Of a DNA stretch of 64,000 bases, positions 63,771 through 64,000 are shown in pieces. Under the pieces are notes generated by a model. The model saw nothing but the letters and a program-made list of their open reading frames with translations. It made no database searches and was not told the origin of the DNA. Position 1 is the first letter of the stretch. Each line of letters begins with the position of its first letter. The DNA is taken from positions 24,430,001 to 24,494,000 of the forward strand of contig NC_086097.1 in assembly GCF_963921235.1 (NCBI RefSeq), read 5' to 3'. Position numbers and translations under genes: made by a program. The DNA is from Mobula hypostoma. Lineage: Eukaryota.

Positions 63771-64000
63771 TACCTCTTCCTAGAGATGCTGCCTGGCCTG
63801 CTGCGTTCACCAGCAACTTTGATGTGTGTTGCTTGAATTTCCAGCATCTGCAGAATTCCTGTTGTTTTCCTCTATTCAGAGTCTGTGCCCTCTGGTCCTA
63901 GATTGCCCCACTATTGGAAACATCCCCTCCATGTATACTCTCTCTAGGCCTTTCAAATATTTGATAGGTTTCAATGAGAATTATTCTAAACTCCAGTGAG

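Larger units (their letters stand above)
63118..63866 (+). mobile_element. Penelope-like retroelement, 5'-truncated, with 12-bp TSD
   Basis: GIY-YIG ORF, 3' UTR and hammerhead. TTCCTCTATTCA occurs at 63106-63117 and 63867-63878. Inserted at the edge of a minus-strand CR1 fragment that runs to the window end. Confidence 0.93.

Noticed and set aside
1..64000. Using LINE strand bias to infer an enclosing host gene
   Set aside because: CR1 fragments occur on both strands in similar numbers, so intronic versus intergenic status cannot be decided.

Overview
This is eukaryotic, repeat-dense vertebrate DNA with no intact host gene that I can recognise. The repeat families (CR1 LINEs, V-SINE/HE1-like SINEs, Rex1/Babar LINEs, Penelope-like elements) point to a cartilaginous fish, probably a ray; that assignment is inference. 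Most of the window is decayed and often nested transposons: many CR1 3' fragments, Rex1/Babar and RTE LINE pieces, one IR/DR-type Tc1 element, a Tigger/pogo deletion derivative, an 80-bp hAT MITE family, several tRNA-derived SINEs, and Penelope-like elements. Almost all long ORFs in the track are TE remnants or repeat artefacts. The most notable items are: minimal hammerhead-ribozyme motifs in Penelope tails and a family of palindromic mini-Penelope insertions; an HDV-ribozyme-like motif with non-canonical topology in an RTE-type 5' UTR; a ~1.4-kb hairpin-forming minisatellite born from a SINE tRNA head; a young poly(A) SINE with a 17-bp TSD; a 576-nt exon-like block whose only in-frame stops are three TGA codons; and two RFX X-boxes in TE-free islands. 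No CRISPR array, rRNA gene or genuine tRNA gene was seen. Boundaries of old TE fragments are approximate, family names come from motif recognition rather than database searches, and many small fragments are not listed.
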